Source of the DNA: Eledone cirrhosa
Taxonomy: Eukaryota
Direction of reading: 5' to 3'
Length of the DNA stretch: 64,000 bases
Assembly (NCBI GenBank): GCA_964016885.1
Contig: OZ024741.1
Location: 217,868,001-217,932,000, forward strand
Shown: in pieces, positions 44,870 through 58,333 of the stretch
Numbering within the stretch: position 1 is the first letter of the stretch
How the letters are laid out: each line of letters begins with the position of its first letter
Notes under the pieces: model-generated
What the model saw: only the letters and a program-made list of their open reading frames with translations
Database searches by the model: none
Told to the model about the DNA's origin: nothing
Position numbers and translations under genes: made by a program

Positions 44870-47800
44870 TATATATATATGTGTGTGGTATAGTTGGGCA
44901 TGGTTTCTACATACATATATATATATATATATATGTGTGGTATAGTTGGGCATGGTTTCTACATACATATATATATATATATGTGTGGTATAGTTGGGCA
45001 TGGTTTCTACATACATATATATATATATATGTGTGTGGTATAGTTGGGTATGGTTTCTACATACATTTATATATATATATATGTGTGGTATAGTTGGGCA
45101 TGGTTTCTACATACATATATATATATGTGTGTGGTATAGTTGGGCATGGTTTCTACATACATATATATATATATATATGTGTGGTATAGTTGGGCATGGT
45201 TTCTACATACATATATATATATGTGTGTGGTATAGTTGGGCATGGTTTCTACATACATATATATATATGTGTGTGGCATAGTTGGGCATGGTTTCTACAT
45301 ACATATATATATATGTGTGTGGTATAGTTGGGCATGGTTTCTACATACATATATATATATGTGTGTGGTATAGTTGGGCATGGTTTCTACATACATATAT
45401 ATATATGTGTGTGGTATAGTTGGGTATGGTTTCTACATACATATATATATGTGTGTGTGGTATAGTTGGGCATGGTTTCTACATACATATATATATATGT
45501 GTGTGGTATAGTTGGGCATGGTTTCTACATACATATATATATATATATGTGTGTGGTATAGTTGGGCATGGTTTCTACATACATATATATATATGTGTGT
45601 GTGGTATAGTTGGGCATGGTTTCTACATACATATATATATATGTGTGTGGTATAGTTGGGCATGGTTTCTACATACATATATATATATGTGTGTGGTATA
45701 GTTGGGCATGGTTTCTACATACATATATATATATGTGTGTGTGGCATAGTTGGGTATGGTTTCTACATACATATATATATATGTGTGTGTGGTATAGTTG
45801 GGCATGGTTTCTACATACATATATATATATGTGTGTGGTATAGTTGGGCATGGTTTCTACATACATATATATATATGTGTGTGGTATAGTTGGGCATGGT
45901 TTCTACATACATATATATATATGTGTGTGTGGCATAGTTGGGCATGGTTTCTACATACATATATATATATATGTGTGGTATAGTTGGGCATGGTTTCTAC
46001 ATACATATATATATATGTGTGTGGTCTAGTTGGGCATGGTTTCTACATACATATATATATATATGTGTGTGGTATAGTTGGGCATGGTTTCTACATACAT
46101 ATATATATATATATGTGTGGCATAGTTGGGCATGGTTTCTACATACATATATATATATGTGTTTGTGGTATAGTTGGGCATGGTTTCTACATACATATAT
46201 ATATATATATGTGTGTGGCATAGTTGGGCATGGTTTCTACATACATATATATATATGTGTGTGGTCTAGTTGGGCATGGTTTCTACATACATATATATAT
46301 ATATGTGTGTGGTATAGTTGGGCATGGTTTCTACATACATATATATATATATATGTGTGGTATAGTTGGGCATGGTTTCTACATACATATATATATATAT
46401 ATGTGTGGCATAGTTGGGCATGGTTTCTACATACATATATATATATGTGTTTGTGGTATAGTTGGGCATGGTTTCTACATACATATATATATATATATGT
46501 GTGTGGCATAGTTGGGCATGGTTTCTACATACATATATATATATGTGTGTGGTATAGTTGGGCATGGTTTCTACATACATATATATATATATGTGTTTGT
46601 GGAATAGTTGGGCATGGTTTCTACATACATATATATATATATATATGTGTGTGGTATAGTTGGGCATGGTTTCTACATACATATATATATATATATGTGT
46701 GGTATAGTTGGGCATGGTTTCTACATACATATATATATATGTGTGTGGTATAGTTGGGTATGGTTTCTACATACATATATATATATGTGTGTGGCATAGT
46801 TGGGCATGGTTTCTACATACATATATATATATATGTGTGTGGTATAGTTGGGCATGGTTTCTACATACATATATATATATGTGTGTGGTATAGTTGGGCA
46901 TGGTTTCTACATACATATATATATATATGTGTTTGTGGTATAGTTGGGCATGGTTTCTACATACATATATATATATATATATATGTGTGGTATAGTTGGG
47001 CATGGTTTCTACATACATATATATATATGTGTGTGGTATAGTTGGGTATGGTTTCTACATACATATATATATATGTGTGTGGTATAGTTGGGCATGGTTT
47101 CTACATACATATAAATATGTGTGTGCGTGGTATAGTTGGGCATGGTTTCTACATACATATATATATATGTGTGTGGCATAGTTGGGCATGGTTTCTACAT
47201 ACATATATATATATATGTGTGGTATAGTTGGGCATGGTTTCTACATACATATATATATATATATGTGTGGTATAGTTGGGCATGGTTTCTACATACATAT
47301 ATATATATATGTGTTTGTGGTATAGTTGGGCATGGTTTCTACATACATATATATATATGTGTGTGGTATAGTTGGGTATGGTTTCTACATACATATATAT
47401 ATATATATGTGTGTGGTATAGTTGGGCATGGTTTCTACATACATATATATATATATATATGTGTGGTATAGTTGGGCATGGTTTCTACATACATATATAT
47501 ATATGTGTGTGTGGTATAGTTGGGCATGGTTTCTACATACATATATATATATGTGTGTGGCATAGTTGGGCATGGTTTCTACATACATATATATATATGT
47601 GTGTGGTATAGTTGGGCATGGTTTCTACATACATATATATATATGTGTGTGGTATAGTTGGGCATGGTTTCTACATACATATATATATATGTGTGTGGTA
47701 TAGTTGGGTATGGTTTCTACATACATATATATATGTGTGTGTGGTATAGTTGGGCATGGTTTCTACATACATATATATATATGTGTGTGGTATAGTTGGG

Positions 47801-50800
47801 CATGGTTTCTACATACATATATATATATATATGTGTGTGGTATAGTTGGGCATGGTTTCTACATACATATATATATATGTGTGTGTGGTATAGTTGGGCA
47901 TGGTTTCTACATACATATATATATATGTGTGTGGTATAGTTGGGCATGGTTTCTACATACATATATATATATGTGTGTGGTATAGTTGGGCATGGTTTCT
48001 ACATACATATATATATATGTGTGTGTGGCATAGTTGGGTATGGTTTCTACATACATATATATATATGTGTGTGTGGTATAGTTGGGCATGGTTTCTACAT
48101 ACATATATATATATGTGTGTGGTATAGTTGGGCATGGTTTCTACATACATATATATATATGTGTGTGGTATAGTTGGGCATGGTTTCTACATACATATAT
48201 ATATATGCGTGTGTGGCATAGTTGGGCATGGTTTCTACATACATATATATATATATGTGTGGTATAGTTGGGCATGGTTTCTACATACATATATATATAT
48301 GTGTGTGGTCTAGTTGGGCATGGTTTCTACATACATATATATATATATGTGTGTGGTATAGTTGGGCATGGTTTCTACATACATATATATATATATGTGT
48401 GTGGTATAGTTGGGCATGGTTTCTACATACATATATATATATATGTGTGGTATAGTTGGGCATGGTTTCTACATACATATATATATATATATGTGTGGTA
48501 TAGTTGGGCATGGTTTCTACATATATATATATATATATGTGTGGCATAGTTGGGCATGGTTTCTACATACATATATATATATGTGTTTGTGGTATAGTTG
48601 GGCATGGTTTCTACATACATATATATATATATATGTGTGTGGCATAGTTGGGCATGGTTTCTACATACATATATATATATGTGTGTGGTATAGTTGGGCA
48701 TGGTTTCTACATACATATATATATATATGTGTTTGTGGAATAGTTGGGCATGGTTTCTACATACATATATATATATATATATGTGTGTGGTATAGTTGGG
48801 CATGGTTTCTACATACATATATATATATGTGTGTGGTATAGTTGGGCATGGTTTCTACATACATATATATATGTGTGTGGTATAGTTGGGTATGGTTTCT
48901 ACATACATATATATATATATGTGTGTGGTATAGTTGGGCATGGTTTCTACATACATATATATATATATGTGTGTGGTATAGTTGGGCATGGTTTCTACAT
49001 ACATATATATATATATGTGTGTGGTATAGTTGGGCATGGTTTCTACATACATATATATATATGTGTGTGGTATAGTTGGGCATGGTTTCTACATACATAT
49101 ATATATATATATGTGTGGTATAGTTGGGCATGGTTTCTACATACATATATATATATGTGTGTGGTATAGTTGGGTATGGTTTCTACATACATATATATAT
49201 ATGTGTGTGGCATAGTTGGGCATGGTTTCTACATACATATATATATATTTGTGTGTGGTATAGTTGGGCATGGTTTCTACATACATATATATATATGTGT
49301 GTGGTATAGTTGGGCATGGTTTCTACATACATATATATATATATGTGTTTGTGGTATAGTTGGGCATGGTTTCTACATACATATATATATATATATATGT
49401 GTGGTATAGTTGGGCATGGTTTCTACATACATATATATATATGTGTGTGGTATAGTTGGGTATGGTTTCTACATACATATATATATATGTGTGTGGTATA
49501 GTTGGGCATGGTTTCTACATACATATAAATATGTGTGTGCGTGGTATAGTTGGGCATGGTTTCTACATACATATATATATATGTGTGTGGCATAGTTGGG
49601 CATGGTTTCTACATACATATATATATATATGTGTGGTATAGTTGGGCATGGTTTCTACATACATATATATATATATATGTGTGGTATAGTTGGGCATGGT
49701 TTCTACATACATATATATATATATATGTGTGGTATAGTTGGGCATGGTTTCTACATACATATATATATATGTGTGTGGCATAGTTGGGCATGGTTTCTAC
49801 ATACATATATATATATGTGTGTGGTATAGTTGGGCATGGTTTCTACATACATATATATATATGTGTGTGGCATAGTTGGGCATGGTTTCTACATACATAT
49901 ATATATATGTGTGTGGTATAGTTGGGTATGGTTTCTACATACATATATATATATGTGTGTGGCATAGTTGGGCATGGTTTCTACATACATATATATATAT
50001 GTGTGTGGTATAGTTGGGCATGGTTTCTACATACATATATATATATATATGTGTGGTATAGTTGGGCATGGTTTCTACATACATATATATATATATATGT
50101 GTGGTATAGTTGGGCATGGTTTCTACATACATATATATATATATGTGTGTGGCATAGTTGGGCATGGTTTCTACATACATATATATATATGTGTGTGGTA
50201 TAGTTGGGCATGGTTTCTACATACATATATATATATATATGTGTGGTATAGTTGGGCATGGTTTCTACATACATATATATATATATATGTGTGGTATAGT
50301 TGGGCATGGTTTCTACATACATATATATATATGTGTGTGGTATAGTTGGGCATGGTTTCTACATACATATATATATATATGTGTTTGTGGTATAGTTGGG
50401 CATGGTTTCTACATACATATATATATATATATATATGTGTGGTATAGTTGGGCATGGTTTCTACATACATATATATATATGTGTGTGGTATAGTTGGGTA
50501 TGGTTTCTACATACATATATATATATGTGTGTGGTATAGTTGGGCATGGTTTCTACATACATATATATATGTGTGTGTGTGGTATAGTTGGGCATGGTTT
50601 CTACATACATATATATATATGTGTGTGGCATAGTTGGGCATGGTTTCTACATACATATATATATATATGTGTGGTATAGTTGGGCATGGTTTCTACATAC
50701 ATATATATATATATGTGTGGTATAGTTGGGCATGGTTTCTACATACATATATATATATATATGTGTGGTATAGTTGGGCATGGTTTCTACATACATATAT

Positions 50801-51501
50801 ATATATGTGTGTGGCATAGTTGGGCATGGTTTCTACATACATATATATATATGTGTGTGGTATAGTTGGGCATGGTTTCTACATACATATATATATATGT
50901 GTGTGGCATAGTTGGGCATGGTTTCTACATACATATATATATATGTGTGTGGTATAGTTGGGTATGGTTTCTACATACATATATATATATGTGTGTGGCA
51001 TAGTTGGGCATGGTTTCTACATACATATATATATATGTGTGTGGTATAGTTGGGCATGGTTTTTACATACATATATATATATGTGTGTGGCATAGTTGGG
51101 CATGGTTTCTACATACATATATATATATGTGTGTGGCATAGTTGGGCATGGTTTCTACATACATATATATATATGTGTGTGGCATAGTTGGGCATGGTTT
51201 CTACATACATATATATATATGTGTGGTATAGTTGGGCATGGTTTCTACATACATATATATATATGTGTGTGGCATCGTTGGGCATGGTTTCTACATACAT
51301 ATATATATGTGTGTGTGGCATAGTTGGGCATGGTTTCTACATACATATATATATATGTGTGTGGTATAGTTGGGCATGGTTTCTACATACATATATATAT
51401 ATGTTTGTGGCATAGTTGGGCATGGTTTCTACATACATATATATATATGTGTGTGGTATAGTTGGGCATGGTTTCTACATACCTATATATATATATATAT
51501 A
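44870..51501. repeat. intronic 44-52-bp minisatellite: constant core plus variable (TA)n(TG)n
   Basis: Core GG(T/C)ATAGTTGGG(C/T)ATGGTTTCTACATACA repeated roughly 140 times, with block duplications at 240, 2284 and ~2415 bp. Confidence 0.97.
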
Positions 51502-52214
51502 TTTGCCAAACAAAAGATTGTGAGGACCATTCCTTCATGTCAAAGACATCGCAGCCTCCCTAGTGTTGCTGATCTACACGATAAACACACCCAGCACACG
51601 CTGTAAAGTGCTTGGTGATAGGAAGACCTTCAGTTTTGTCAAAGACACGATAGATCCCTGGCTTGACTGGTAGATTTGTAGACAATGCTTCAATACTGAC
51701 TTGGTCTATGTAGACCCATCCAACCCTTACTAACAGGGAAAGTGGATGTTAAAATGATGATGATGAGGAAATCATGCCAAAAAGGGCCAAGAGGACTCTT
51801 CAGCACAACAACCTTTGTAGTGTTAGTGACCTTCATGATAAACACACCAAGTACACTCTGTAAAGTGGTTGCTGATAGGAAGGGGGCATCCAGTCATAGA
51901 AAGCTTGCCAAACAAAGGGCTGGGAGGCCTCTTCAGCTGTACCAAAGACATGATGGCCTTCCTAGTGTTGGTGTCATGATAAAATATGCTCGGTAGAGCA
52001 TGGGAATGTATGTAAGCAAGATGTGGACCTTCAGTCCACCTGAGGGTTCAGTACCCTCGCTTGAGTACTGACTTGGTCTGTGAAGATCCCTCCAGCCCTT
52101 GCTAGCAGGGAAAATGGATGTATGATGTATATATATATATATTTCATTGTTTGAACGATTGACAGATCTCAAACTACATTTGCTTACTGAGTGGTGTGGA
52201 ACTTGTCAAATCAG

Positions 52215-52390
52215 ACAGAGGAAACAATATTTCCATTGCTGATTCTATCTGCCGGTCACAACTCCTGGTAGAAAGAGCAACATGAAATAAAGTGCCTTGC
52301 TCAAGGACATAACACATTGCCTGGTCCAGGAATCGAACTCGCAACCTTATGATCTTGAATCTAAATTTGTTAACCACTAAGCCATATGCC
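52215..52390 (-). mobile_element. tRNA-headed SINE (variant body)
   Basis: ggcatatggcttagtggtta...gagttcgattcctggacc...ccttgagcaaggcactt; sister copy at 59120-59277. Confidence 0.8.
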
Positions 52391-52439
52391 TAAACCCTAT
52401 TGGTGTGTGGAGGAAAGAGTCTAACAAGTTAACACTCAC

Positions 52440-52550
52440 CTTTATGATGACTTTCTGACCGGCTTCTATCCCATAGATGTTTGACATGATAGTTGGAGAG
52501 TTACAGTAAATGCGATTAATGTCCAGAATTTTGTCAAACTGTAGCATATA
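52440..52550 (-). CDS. POLR1A: POLR1A-like internal exon (YMLQFDKILDINRIYCNSPTIMSNIYGIEAGQKVIIK)
   Basis: 111 nt, ttgcag|...|gtgagt, phase 0-0. Contains YGIEA, matching RPA1 LDLRRLYSNDIH...YGIEAA. Not in the ORF track. Confidence 0.92.
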
Positions 52551-52639
52551 CTGCAAAACAAGGAATAAAATTAGACAAAATACACTAACTCAGGTCAATT
52601 CTTAAAAAATATGAACATTAGTTAAATTGGAATGTTGAG

Positions 52640-53172
52640 TTAACCCTTTAGCATTTAAACCAGCTGTAACTAGCCGCTCATACTGATGTTAAGGTATTGT
52701 TCTCAAAATAAATAATATCAAAATTTCATGGATTTGATATTTTGTGAGGTAAAGTCTTTACTGTGAAAATATGTGTGTGTGTGTGTGCGCGTGCGTGTGT
52801 GTGTGTGTATAGTATGGTATGGCATGGCACGGACCCGTAACTCCTGAGGAGTCGTAGCGGCATCATATTGACATACAGCACTTCTAGGGCATTTTTTTAT
52901 AAACCTGGCGGAGCCCATCTCCTCTCCAGATCTGAATACAGAAGATTTCTTCCAGAGAAGGATAGAGAGAGTGAGAGAGAAAGGAAGAGAGAAAGAGATA
53001 CTTTTGTTTATCCACCATGAATGGGTGAAAGGCAAAGTTGACCTCGGCAGGACTTGAACTCAGAAAGCAAAGAACCGGAATGAATACTACAAGGCATTCT
53101 ATCTGACGTTCTAGCGACTCTGCCAATTCTCCACCTTGTATATATAGAGTAATGTAAATACTAAAGGGTTAA
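52640..53172. mobile_element. piggyBac-like MITE with nested microsatellite and family B SINE (53010-53135, minus)
   Basis: TTAACCCTTTAGCATTTA ... TAAATACTAAAGGGTTAA; internal sequence shared with 41905-42072. Confidence 0.75.
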
Positions 53173-53174
53173 AC

Positions 53175-54230
53175 CAATTTAATACCAATCAGCCTAAAAA
53201 TAACCCTGGTTTATTTAATGATACAAGTATCAGAGACAGTGTCTTTCATTAGAGATATGGTAACAAAGGGGTTTAAGTGCTTTATATTTGTCTAAAAAGC
53301 TTCCATCATAATTTAATGTAAGAATCCTTATATTCTAAACAACATCTTTTAGAGGAAGAAATCATCATCATCCTCATCATTTCATTTCACGTCTGCTTTT
53401 TCCCTGCTTGCAAGGGTGGGACGGGAACTGATTCTGGCTTGATTTCTACAGCTGGATGCCCTTCCTAACACCAACCTCATTTACAGTGAGTGCTGGGTGC
53501 TTTTTTGCCGTGGCACCTCCACGACCACTTTGCAGTGGAATGATATGAACCCCAGTCCCTATCATCTCATTTCTACAGCTGAGTAAACTGGAGCAATGTG
53601 AAATAAAGTGTCTTGCTCAAGGAAACAACACAGTTATATTACACAGTTATAAACAACAAAGTTATATTACTAAATCCTTCCACATTCTTGATTGTTTAAA
53701 AAATTATCCAAAGACCATAAAAAGTGTTTATATTTATCTAAAAACCTTCCAACATAATCTTAAAAAAGAACCTTTGTTAAGTTACGTTCCAAACACCAAC
53801 TTAATAATTGTTTCTACTATTGGCACAAGGCCAGCAATTATTCCAGTGCATTACTGGTACTTTATTTTATCGACCCCATAAGGATGAAAGGCAAAGTTAA
53901 CCTCGGTGGGATTTGAACTCAGACCATAAAGGGGCGTAAGTTTATGCTGGAAAGCATGGCGTCCAACCTTCAACTTAATAATGAGAAAGTAAGTTATATT
54001 ATTAAAATCTCTCAAAATTTTGATTATTTAAAAAATTATCTAAAGACCTTACAAAGTGTTTTTATTAGAAATATGGTAAAGAAAGGGTTAAAGCATTTAT
54101 ATTTATCTCAGATCCTTCCATCATAATTTTATGTAAGAACCTCTGTTAAGTTATGTTCAAAACATCAACTTAATAACGAGAAAGTTAGTTATATTACTAA
54201 ATTAGAAATAAGGAAATGAAAGGGTTAAAG
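53175..54230. repeat. AT-rich dispersed/tandemised repeat with nested SINE A (53364-53630) and SINE B (53815-53965)
   Basis: Recurring tttatatttatctaaaaaccttcc..cataat..ttatgttccaaacacc..cttaataatgagaaag units; the same family occurs at 63020-63715. Confidence 0.65.
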
Positions 54231-54512
54231 AGAATAAAAATCTGAATTTTTCTTATCAAATTGCAATGAAATAAAATCTAAACTTTCTGTTAATCAACAT
54301 CATCGTTATTTAATGTCTGTTTATCTATGTTGGTATGGGTCAGACACAAACACATATCTTTCTCATTATCAACACTGCTTAATGTCTATTTTTCCATGCT
54401 TGCATGGGTTAGACCGGTTGTCCATGTTATGAGACAAGTCTGGCCAGTGGGCCGTGATGTAACTTGCTCAAACAGAACAGTATTTTGGCTGCTTTTTTTA
54501 CAGCTTGTTGTA

Positions 54513-54750
54513 TCATCATCATCATCATCGTTTAACGTCTATCTTCCATGCTAGCATGGGTTAGACGGGAATTGTCTCATTTGAGGTAAGATTGGTCGGG
54601 TGACCGTGTCTCACTCGTATAGGACTATCTGGCAGGTTTTCTACGGTTAGATGCCCTTCCTAACACCAACCACATTTACAGTGTGAACTGGGAGCTTTTT
54701 ACCGTGTTACCTACATGAATGACCACATTACAGCATGGACTGTGTTGTTT
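54513..54750 (-). mobile_element. RTE family A-like 3' UTR fragment
   Basis: (CAT)n cgtttaacgtc...gatgcccttcctaacaccaaccacatttacagtg. Confidence 0.85.
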
Positions 54751-54781
54751 TTTGTTTCCTTATTTTTTTTTTATATTGTAT

Positions 54782-54934
54782 ATATTTATTTTATTATAGA
54801 AATGACTTCTTCAGGATTAGAACTGTTTCATTTGAGCTGTTTCTAGTCCCGTAGAAGTCATTTCTATAATAAAATAAATATGTCTATACTCTACAAATGC
54901 ATTGAGTACCATTTTTAACTACTGTCACCTCGCG
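54782..54934. repeat. hairpin element with one-sided tail
   Basis: A 29-bp perfect arm atatttattttattatagaaatgacttct pairs with agaagtcatttctataataaaataaatat; weaker inner pairing; tail to 54934. Confidence 0.75.
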
Positions 54935-54944
54935 ATATATATGT

Positions 54945-54980
<36 letters not shown>

Positions 54981-55149
54981 GCGCACAATGACAGAGGGAG
55001 AGAGAGAATAAGAGAGAAAGAAAGAGTCAGAGAGTGAGCGAGAGAGAGTGAAAGAGGTTGTGCAGCAGCAGTATTTTCTCTATAGACCCACAGCCACTAA
55101 ACATTAAAATTCATTAAATCTCTTGTTTTTTGTTTTCTTTTACGAAGGT

Positions 55150-55566
55150 AAATAATAATAATAATGAAATTATTGTGTACTACAGGTGCACTACAACTCA
55201 TCAAAGGTGCATGTATAGTACATAGAATAATGTACAAATGTCAGGGAAGTGAATAGTGTATGAGTCATGATATACATGTGTGCATGTGTATGGAGGGGGG
55301 CATATCAGGAAGCATGGAGGTTTTAAAGGATGCAGTGTCTCGACAGCTCACAACTGATGCAGGTAGTTTGTTCCATGGGGGGTTTTAAAGGATGCAGTGT
55401 CTCGACAGCTCACAACTGATGCAGGTAGTTTGTTCCATGCTTCAGCAACTCTGAGCATGAAAAACTGTTTCGGAAAGTCACGGGAGCTGTGCTGTTTTCT
55501 GATTTTGTAGGCATGCCCACGTGTGTTAGACACATGGAATTCAAAAAGGTACTCAGGGTTGTTGTT
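55150..55566 (-). mobile_element. CR1-clade LINE 3' fragment with internal ~63-bp duplication and (ATT)n tail
   Basis: TRGHAYKI...FFMLRVAEAWNKLP...ASFK C-terminal motif; a second 3' UTR copy lies at 57545-57665. Confidence 0.85.
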
Positions 55567-55590
55567 GGCAAGAAAGAAATAGAGACTTAC

Positions 55591-55755
55591 ATTAATTTCA
55601 ATTCCTTCTGTCTGTAGGTGGAGTTCAGTTCCTCTTGGTGTCTTCACATTGGTTAAAATGGAACGTTCAATACCAGGGATTTGATGTACAATGGAAGTTT
55701 GTGCATGGTCTTTGATAATGGTCAGCAGGTCAACCTTGGTCAGTTTCAAGTCAAA
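55591..55755 (-). CDS. POLR1A: POLR1A-like internal exon (FDLKLTKVDLL...IPGIERSIL...LQTEGIEIN)
   Basis: 165 nt, gtcag|...|gtaagt, phase 0-0. GI.R and L.TEG.N motifs of RPA1. Confidence 0.9.
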
Positions 55756-55804
55756 CTGACATACAAATAATCAAAGGAAATGGTAAGTAACAGTATAAAC
55801 TTAG

Positions 55805-56030
55805 GAGGGATTGGCAGTATCGATAGATTGTCGGACACCATGCTTTGCAGCATAGAGTTATGGCCCTTTATGTTCTGAGTTCTGAGTTCAAATCCTGCCA
55901 TGGTCAGCTTTGCCTTTCATCCTTACATGGTCGATAAAATAAAGTACCAGTCATGTACTAGGGTCGATATAATCGACTTTCCCCCCTCCCCAAAATTGCT
56001 GGTCTTGTGCCTAAATTGGAAACCATTATT
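55805..56030 (+). mobile_element. SINE family B copy
   Basis: gagttcaaatcctgcc...gcctttcatccttacatggtcgataaaataaagtaccag. Confidence 0.85.
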
Positions 56031-56049
56031 TCCCACATTTGGGGGTTTA

Positions 56050-56590
56050 TTATTTTACTGGTTTCAGCCATTACACTGTGGCCATGCAGCGGCTCTGCCT
56101 TGGTTTAGTTGATAATATCAACTCTGGTACTTATTTTACTGGTTTAATCATTACACTGTGGCCATGCTGGGGCATTGCCTTGATTTAGTTGATAATACCA
56201 ACCCTGGTACTTATTTCATTGGTTTAAATTATTACACTGTGGCCATTGCCTTGATTTAGTTGATCAATTCAACCACATTACTGGTACATCGCACTACCCA
56301 GCCCCCCTGTACCTCCTCAAAATATTACTGGTACATCTAATTACTTCAAAACATTACTGGGAGATCTATTACCTTCCACCCCTGTGTGTCCTCAAGATAT
56401 GACTGGTACATCTATTACTATCCACACCATGTACCCCTAAGATATTACTGGTACATCTATTACCATCCACACCATGTACTCCTAAGATATTGCTGGTACA
56501 TCTATTACCATCCACACCATGTACCCCTAAGCTATTACTGGTACATTTATTACTATCCACACCATGTACCCCTAAGATATTACTGGTATA
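56050..56590. repeat. two adjacent minisatellites (~77-bp x3; 45-bp x~5)
   Basis: ttacactgtggccat...tttagttgat units, followed by tattactggtacatctattac..tccacaccatgtacccctaaga units. Confidence 0.85.
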
Positions 56591-56711
56591 TATTAGTCTA
56601 GATTATTGACAATCTTGTCAATGATGATTCATTGTTATAAATTAGTTTATATTGTAAATAATTCATTAAAGCAGATGATAATGAAGGCAACAAGAGCCAT
56701 AACTGAGGCCC

Positions 56712-57346
56712 TACTTAAGTGAGGGTTAACAAATGAGGTGAGTCTAAAGTTAACTGGGTCTTACTGTAGTCTTACTTAAGAGAGGGTTAACAAATGAGGT
56801 GAGTCTAAAACTAGCTGGGTCTTACTGTAGTCTAACTTAAGTGAGGGTTAACAAATGAGGTGAGTCTTACTTAAGTGAGGGTTAACAAATGAGGTGAGTC
56901 TGAAACTAGCTGGTTCTTACTGTAGCCTTACTTAAGAGAGGGTTAACAAATGAGGTGAGTCTAAAGTTAGCTGGGTCTTACTGTAGTCTTACTTAAGAGA
57001 GGGTCAACAAATGAGGTGAGTCTAAAACTAGCGGGTTCTTACTGTAGCCTTACTTAAGTGAGGGTTAACAAATGAGGTGAGTCTAAAGTTAGCTGAGTCT
57101 TACTGTAGCCTTACTTAAGAGGCGGTTAACAAATGAGGTGAGTCTAAAGTTAGCTGGGTCTTACTGTAGTCTTACTTAAGAGAGGGTCAACAAATGAGGT
57201 GAGTCTAAAACAAGTTGGGTCTTACTGTAGTCTTACTTAAGTGAGGGTTAACAAATGAGGTGAGTCTAAAGTTAGCTGGGTCTTACTGTAGTCTTACTTA
57301 AGTGAGGGTTAACAAATGAGTGAGTCTAGAGATAGTTGGATCTTAC
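56712..57346. repeat. ~59-bp minisatellite (~11 units) abutting an exon 5' splice site
   Basis: Unit CTTACTTAAG(A/T)GAGGGTTAACAAATGAGGTGAGTCTAAAGTTAGCTGGGTCTTACTGTAGT. Confidence 0.92.
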
Positions 57347-57427
57347 CTTAAACACAACTTCACACCAAAGGCTGTTTTCCTTATCGTATTTATATGAGTA
57401 AATATTTTCAGTGAATGCTTTTAAATA
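57347..57427 (-). CDS. POLR1A: POLR1A-like internal exon (YLKAFTENIYSYKYDKENSLWCEVVFK)
   Basis: 81 nt, tttcag|...|gtaaga, phase 0-0. Y.YD....LWC.V motif following the RPA1 acidic loop. Confidence 0.9.
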
Positions 57428-57705
57428 CTGAAAAATATAATATATATAGGCATGTATTTATTTAAATATATATATATATTTCAATGTATAACGGCAGATC
57501 ATATCATTATATGCATGAGGTATCTACCTGTTTATATATATATATAATAATAATAATGAAATTATTGTATACAGTGCTCAGGTGCACTACAAGTCAACAA
57601 AGGTGCATGTATAGTACATAGAATAATATACAAATGTCAGGGAAGTGAATAGTGTATGAGTTATGAGGCTTCTACAGGACTAGAACTGTTTAATTCGGGA
57701 GAAAT

Positions 57706-58040
57706 GGAGGCACATGGCTAAGTGGTTAGAACATTGGCCTTGCAATCGAAAGGTTGTGAGTTCAATTCTCAGACCGAGTGATGTGTTGTTTCCTTGAGCA
57801 AGACACTTTATTTAACATTGCTCCAGTTTACTCAGCTGTAGAAATGAGATGATAGGGACTGGGGTCCATATCATTCCACTGCAAAGTGGTCGTGGAGGTG
57901 CCATGGCAAAAAAGCACCCAGCACTCACTGTAAATGAGGTTGGTGTTAGGAAGGGCATCCAGCTGTAGAAATCAAGCCAGAATCAGTTTCCGTCCCACCC
58001 TTGCAAGCAGGGAAAAAGCGGACATGAAATGAAATGATGA
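57706..58040 (+). mobile_element. full-length SINE family A copy
   Basis: Near identical to 40269-40612. Confidence 0.92.
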
Positions 58041-58287
58041 TATAGGAATGAAGTATCCATATAACATTGATCAGCTCAAGGTACAATTGGAAGTAATCAA
58101 ACCTAACTCAAGAATTGATTGCTCATCAGATGTGGATTCTTGAGAATCCACATCTGATAAGCAATTGATATTATATATATATATACACACACAAAACATT
58201 GGTCTGCCCATGCTCATCTAAAGGTCCATGCAGTGAAGCAAACTTTTATACCACACAGCCATACAAGTCTGTGTCTGCGTGTGCATA

Positions 58288-58329
<42 letters not shown>

Positions 58330-58333
<4 letters not shown>

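Noticed and set aside
44870-51501. CRISPR-like repeat-spacer appearance
   Set aside because: Spacers are (TA)n(TG)n rather than unique sequence; eukaryotic intron; no cas genes.
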